DNA of 64,000 bases from assembly GCA_965197905.1 (NCBI GenBank), contig CBDAOB010000005.1, positions 1,664,001 to 1,728,000 on the forward strand, read 5' to 3'. How positions within the stretch are numbered: position 1 is the first letter of the stretch; every line of letters begins with the position of its first letter. Made by a program: the position numbers and the translations under genes. The stretch comes from Candidatus Latescibacterota bacterium (lineage in GTDB: Bacteria > Latescibacterota > UBA2968 > UBA8231). Shown here piece after piece: positions 59,593-64,000 of the stretch. Under the pieces are notes generated by a model. It saw only the letters and a list, made by a program, of their open reading frames with translations, searched no databases and was not told where the DNA came from.

Positions 59593-59744
59593 GATAGGGG
59601 GTGGGGCTCCAGCCGCCCTCGGGCGGGTCACCCCTTCGCCAACGGTGTGACGCCTGCCTTACTTTATCCGCTGACCGAGAATCGAAACTAGAAAGGACCC
59701 GAAAATGGACACTCTCGACGACTTGGACTTTCTTTGCATCCCGG

Positions 59745-59935
59745 CGTATGGCAACCACGTGTGGGCGTACGACTTCGTATTTGATCGGACCCGGGATGGG
59801 AGGCAACTGAAGCTCCTGACGGTAGTCGACGAGTTCACCCGCCAGTGCCTGGCGATCGACGTGGCCCGTAAGCAGAGCTCGCGGGACGTTCTGCGGATGC
59901 TGGCCGGGCTGATGTTGAGGCACGGCATCCCGGCA
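59745..59935 (+). mobile_element. IS3-family transposase fragment (rve core)
   Basis: NHVWAYDFVFDRTRDGRQLKLLTVVDEFTRQCLAIDVARK...HGIP; both ends missing. Confidence 0.8.
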
Positions 59936-60291
59936 ATAGATCGCTCCAGGCGTCGCCGTTCACGCGGGCAGCCTTTCCCGCAGCAGCCAGCACCAGGCAA
60001 CGCACCGCTCCGCGTCGCCCAACCAGGCGGCCGCGCCGCCTTTGCCGGGCCTCGCAACGGTACAGCGCACGAGCGGCAGGCTGTCGAGCTCCGGCCGGGG
60101 CCAAATCTCGAAGGCCAGCAGCTCGCCGGTCTCGCTGGCGGTCAGCCGGTATCCGTCGACTAGGGGCGACGTTCTGATGTCGCCGGTCGACAAGGTGACG
60201 TGTAACAGCTCGTTGGCATCCGCGTCGTCTCTGAGGCCAAGGCGGTCCGGGCCGCGGGGAACCTTTCCCGCTCCCGCTTTCATAAATGAGG

Positions 60292-60601
60292 CCGCCTCGA
60301 CGGTTTGCTCGATGTCGAGACCGTAGCCGCGGGGGTGTCCGTCGGGTTCCGGGCAGTCTGAACAAGGGAGGCCTTTCCAGGGTTCAGGGTTTAACGTCCG
60401 TGGACGTTAAAACTGCCGTCAGGCCGTCGCGGTCCACTTTCTCACCGAGCAGCTCCAACCATTCCCGCTCGGATTGTTCCGCAATGCGCACCGCGCGCAA
60501 GGCGCCGGCCGGCAAGTAGCTTTCCACCGCCTCGCGTACGAGACGACGCATTTCCCCGGCCGGCATCGCCTCCGCCTCGACGGTTTGCTCGATGTCGAGA
60601 C
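60292..60601. repeat. Perfect 30-bp direct repeat (60292-60321 and 60572-60601)
   Basis: CCGCCTCGACGGTTTGCTCGATGTCGAGAC occurs twice, 280 bp apart. Confidence 0.85.
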
Positions 60602-61271
60602 GGCGCCGATCCCCGGCCTTGCGGGGTTTCTCCGGCAAGTCGAACGCGGCTATCTGTTCGGGGTTGATTGCAAGGCGCCGCAGCTCGAGCGGGGTTTCCA
60701 GGTGGCGCCGTAGCTCCGCCTCGACGTGCCGGTCGATCAGCACGCCGGCAGGGTCGAAGTCGCCCAGGAACAGCACCACGGCGCGCGCGCGGCCGGCCGC
60801 GTCGATTTCCTGCGCCGCCTCGTAACACAAGGTGGCGCTCGAAAATCCGCCGCAGGGGTAGAGGCTCACCGCCAATTCTCTGCACGTCGTCTGCAGCACT
60901 CCGGCCAGGCTCCGGGATTCGGTCCACACTTCGACGCGGGGCAGGTCCGGTCCCCACAGTTGCCCGCGATACATGCCGGCGACACCCTGCAGAAAATCGC
61001 CGGGGCTCTCCCAGGCCGAGACGTGAAAACCGCGTCGCGTCGCGTCGCTTATCCAGCCGTACGGGATACGGCCGGACCTCCGCAGCCGCAGGCAGCGCCG
61101 GATAATCAGCTTGTATCCGTGCTCCGTTTTGTCCACCGGCTCCGCAAGGCGGGGGTTCGTCATCCGGTAAAACAGATGACGGACGGATTGCGGGCGGTCC
61201 GCGCGCAGGACCTCGATCAGTTGCTCATCGAGGGTGTCGAGTTGCTTTATGGTGCGCCGGCGCCGGTTCAC
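60384..61271 (-). CDS. Spo11/TopoVI-A-like winged-helix plus TOPRIM protein
   Basis: SVRHLFYRM, RVEVWTES, GGFSS, LFLGDFDPAG (DxD), RLAINPEQI, VEAEAM; GTG overlaps the upstream stop. Confidence 0.7.
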   Translation of the reverse strand: MNRRRRTIKQLDTLDEQLIEVLRADRPQSVRHLFYRMTNPRLAEPVDKTEHGYKLIIRRCLRLRRSGRIPYGWISDATRRGFHVSAWESPGDFLQGVAGMYRGQLWGPDLPRVEVWTESRSLAGVLQTTCRELAVSLYPCGGFSSATLCYEAAQEIDAAGRARAVVLFLGDFDPAGVLIDRHVEAELRRHLETPLELRRLAINPEQIAAFDLPEKPRKAGDRRRLDIEQTVEAEAMPAGEMRRLVREAVESYLPAGALRAVRIAEQSEREWLELLGEKVDRDGLTAVLTSTDVKP

Positions 61272-61705
61272 TGTGCGCCGCCCTTTTGTCCGTTGCGCCG
61301 CCTCGACGGCCGCAAGCGGGCGCGTACGGCGCCGATGCCGGCCTCGATGCAATCGCGCGCCACCTCGGGCGTGTGCTTCCGGGCGCACTCGTAGATGATG
61401 TCCGTCGGCAGACCGGGCACTGGCGTGTCATCGAAGCGAACGGGAAGGATGTACTCGTCCTCTTCCTCGATCATGCGGCTAAGGGCTGACCGCCTTTCAT
61501 GATTGGGCCAAACCTTTGACACATAGGCTTCGGAAATGAACATCACGACGTAGGCGCTCTTTTCGGCGAATGCTTCATGGAATGCCTCCACGGCGCTCCG
61601 GCCCCAAAGATCGACCTTTTCGAAGCCGTCGTAGAGAGCGATGGAGCGGCTCTGCAGATGGCGCGCGACCTCTTCCTTCGGGCCGTTCATCAGAATTGTG
61701 TTCAT
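61268..61705 (-). pseudogene. TIR-domain protein, N-terminally truncated or chimeric
   Basis: YDGFEKVDLWG, YVVMFISEAYVSKVWPNHERRSA, YILPVRFDDT; the usual first strand (DVxxSFAG) is absent. Confidence 0.7.
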
Positions 61706-61715
61706 TACATCACTT

Positions 61716-62131
61716 CTACGTCGACAATCTTGTGAGTGGCGCGTCGGCCTCGGCATCCTCCCTTTGTTTGACCGGATCGACGATGACGATCTTCATGACG
61801 GGCGCCGGTTCGGTGTTCGTGACTCGCGCGGTCACGTCCAGGTGCTTAAGGGAGTATTGCTCGGGATACTTGCGCTCGAGCAGCCAGGCGGACGCGGTCC
61901 ACGTCGGAGGCCGCGTGATTTCGACGACCTCCTGAAACGTCACTTTCTGGTCGTCCCCGTCGCCTGCCGTCCGAGTCGTCTTCCGCGTCTCAACGGACGA
62001 CTCGTTGGCCGTGTCCTGGATCTTCTTGAGGTGATGGGCGCGAAAATCAGCCTCGGCCCTTTTTAGCTCGTCCGAAAAATCCGAATATTGCCCCCGGGCC
62101 TGCTCCTGGCCCTTCTGTTTCCACCATCGTT
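61716..62131 (-). pseudogene. Phage terminase-small-subunit-like protein, 5' end cut by IS
   Basis: GQYSDFSDELKRAEA...WTASAWLLERKYPEQY; the apparent ATG at 62144 lies within the IS end. Confidence 0.5.
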
Positions 62132-62938
62132 GGTAGTGCGTCATTTATGGCAAACTGAAATAATGCTTGACAGAGTTCTTCTCCTTCGCGTAGACGAAAG
62201 CCCAAGCCTCGTCACACTGGATCCGCTTCGCCTGGACGTTGCGGACGGTGGCGTCATGGTAGGCCGCGCAGGCGGCCCCTGCGTCCTCCAGGTAAGGAGG
62301 CCGCCATGAACAAGCTCACCAGAGACAAACGCCTGATGATCCTCTCGATATTGGTCGAGGGAACCGTCAAGAAGCTTCGGTCAGCCGGGACGGCCTTCGA
62401 GTTCATTCACGACCTGAAGGACCGACTCGCCAGTCGCGTCCAGCTAACCACGGACGGCCACCGGGCCTACCTGGAGGCCGTCGAGAGCGCCTTCGGCGGG
62501 GACATCGACTACGCTATGCTGGTGAAGATCTACGGCGAGGCGACGGAGGAAGACCGGCGGCGCTACAGCCCCGGCAAGTGCCTCGCCACTGACAAGCGCC
62601 GCATGCTCAGGTTCTGCCGCTCGATGTAGGACGTGCTCATGTGGGCCGGGTCTGGGTCGCCCTCCATGTGGTAGTGGTTCTCCAGTTTCTTGCTGAAGGC
62701 GTTGGTCAGCCGCGTGAACCGCCTCATCCCCATCCTCTACTTCGTCCACTACAACTTCGTGAAGGTCCACGGCAGCCTGCGGGTCACCCCGGCGATGGCG
62801 GCCGGCCTGACGGAGACCCTACACGATATGGACTGGCTGGTGGACCTGGTGGACGCGGCCGCCCCGGAGCCGAACCGGCCGAAGACCTACCGGAAGCGGG
62901 CGACGGCTCAGGCTATCTGAGAATCCACTTCCTCTACC
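62132..62938 (+). mobile_element. IS1-like element with scrambled, non-functional transposase
   Basis: GGTAG...CTACC ends. Plus-strand pieces: MNKLTRDKR, QLTTDGHRAY, LYFVHYNF...TPAMAAGL. Minus-strand pieces: IQCDEAWAFV, STSYIERQNLSMR, RRFTRLTNAFSKK. Confidence 0.8.
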
Positions 62939-63144
62939 ACGCCCCGGAACTGCCACTCCAACGCATCACGGACCCGGCTGTCGATGGTTTCCGGGATGCG
63001 GTCGAATCTGGCCTCCAGGGCTTCGATGCGAGCCAAGAGAGACATTGGACATGCCTACAGCAAATTGGTTACTATGACAGGTGCCCATGCCTACTTCGTA
63101 CCTACGTAATGAATCGGAAAGGGAGGCTGATATGGCGAATGTAT

Positions 63145-63642
63145 TTAATTCCCATAATCAAGGAGTTCGAGAGCGCGGCCGATCGTAAGCAGATGCATGG
63201 GACTAAACTGCAATCCCAGGCGAGTCGTGACCTGATGCGTGTACTCTCGCCAATAGGGCCAGACGTTGAACAAACCATTGATTCTGGCAAATGCCTCGAT
63301 CGCCTGCTCTGACAGATCGGCGTCTCCAGAAATGCCGTACTCAATGTGGAAATTCCCGACGATGTGCAGGTAATCGTCGCCCTCTTCTTTGTTCAACGGA
63401 AATCTGATCTCAAGATGCAGATCAACCACGAGCTTCGACTCTGTGATCGAGTGTCCGAATTCCGGTCTCAGTTCTCTTTCCTCTTTCACATCGTCAGCGG
63501 ATCGCTGCTCGACTCCAAACACGCCCCCCGTCATTCTGATGTCTTCGAGGGATGCGTGTGGAGCGACGCTGGCGACGAGATTCAGCGGTTTCTCCACGCC
63601 AGTGCTCGAGCTACTCTCCGTCGTATCTGTACTCATCGTCAT
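63145..63642 (-). CDS. SecB-like chaperone (TAC-type)
   Basis: C-terminal FARINGLFNVWPYWREYTHQVTTRLGL resembles the SecB ILFPYxRE..S...R helix; coupled (ATGA) to an HTH antitoxin. Confidence 0.7.
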   Translation of the reverse strand: MTMSTDTTESSSSTGVEKPLNLVASVAPHASLEDIRMTGGVFGVEQRSADDVKEERELRPEFGHSITESKLVVDLHLEIRFPLNKEEGDDYLHIVGNFHIEYGISGDADLSEQAIEAFARINGLFNVWPYWREYTHQVTTRLGLQFSPMHLLTIGRALELLDYGN

Positions 63643-64000
63643 GCGGCGACCTGGTAGTCAGCCACCGGCTGCTCGCACGGCTCCGTCAAAAAATTGTAAC
63701 AGACGTGCATGGAACGCCCCGGCCTCGTCGCGGCTTCAGGAGAGGGTACCACGACACTTCGGAGAGGCCTGTAGCCGATATCCACAGAGTAGCCAAGATC
63801 GAAGAGGGCGTCGGACAGTTTCCGCAACGTGAAGTTGTTCGCTCCGCGAAGGACCTTCGTGATGTAGGCAGGGCTCACACCCATGCGCTTGGCCAGCTCG
63901 GACTTGCTGATGCCCTGCTGCTCCATCAGAAGGCACATTCCTTCAGTCGCCTCCATGAGTACACGCTCCTGCTCAAGCATCTTGCGCCCCTTCTCCGTGT
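63639..64000 (-). CDS. XRE-family HTH antitoxin-like protein with C-terminal extension; 5' end probably beyond window
   Basis: GISKSELAKRMGVSPAYITKVLRGANNFTLRKLSDALFDLG plus an approximately 40-aa tail; the frame is open to the window edge. Confidence 0.8.
   Translation of the reverse strand, partial: TEKGRKMLEQERVLMEATEGMCLLMEQQGISKSELAKRMGVSPAYITKVLRGANNFTLRKLSDALFDLGYSVDIGYRPLRSVVVPSPEAATRPGRSMHVCYNFLTEPCEQPVADYQVAA

Larger units (their letters stand above)
56493..64000. mobile_element. Integrated plasmid/satellite-like element in tRNA-Lys; extends beyond window
   Basis: att fragment, tyrosine integrase, AlpA-like HTH, Rep with origin, and accessory or decayed cargo. Confidence 0.8.

Noticed and set aside
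61352..61672. Near-repeat AT(C/G)GCGCGC(C/G)ACCTC flanking the TIR fragment as insertion scars
   Set aside because: Short and GC-rich, and EEVAR is plausible native TIR sequence; chance cannot be excluded.
1..64000. CRISPR array, rRNA, and the many long antisense or overlapping ORFs (for example 2507..3754, 11765..12799, 54073..55128)
   Set aside because: No regularly spaced repeat-spacer series or rRNA-like sequence was seen. The shadow ORFs lie opposite well-supported genes, as expected in GC-rich DNA.

Overview
A GC-rich bacterial chromosomal window. The FlgD-type C-terminal domain, the PhyH-family dioxygenase and the heparinase-like gene suggest an FCB-group organism such as Latescibacterota; this is inference only. 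Left end (1-9 kb): an IS1595 element inserted into a gene, a cysS/hypothetical/DUF815-ATPase operon, a glutamate/dicarboxylate symporter with a nonsense codon, a frameshifted pentapeptide-repeat gene, tRNA-Arg(CCT) and csp. Centre (9-44 kb): a roughly 35 kb respiratory supercluster with four parts. (1) Complete alternative complex III (actABCDEFG) plus sco and an A2-type caa3 oxidase. (2) A convergent operon for a CydB-less cytochrome bd-like protein with three c-type cytochromes and a cupredoxin-like protein. (3) An apparently lower-GC block with a CopD-like gene and three unknown genes, then an uncharacterised operon (radical SAM/SPASM, hypothetical, double-USP-rubredoxin protein, Mrp ATPase, Zn-ribbon protein) whose products share five copies of a BchB-C-terminal-like (PCP_red) module. 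(4) A second, A1-type aa3 oxidase operon. The PCP_red operon is the best candidate for an undescribed system. Right end (44-64 kb): housekeeping and secreted-protein genes with several decayed genes, then an element integrated at a tRNA-Lys 3' end. It carries a tyrosine integrase, an AlpA-like HTH, a ColE2-type Rep with its origin, a Spo11/TOPRIM-like gene, a truncated TIR, a scrambled IS1-like transposase, and the antitoxin plus SecB-like chaperone of a probable TAC module. No CRISPR array or rRNA was seen. All assignments come from motif recognition by eye; no searches were run.
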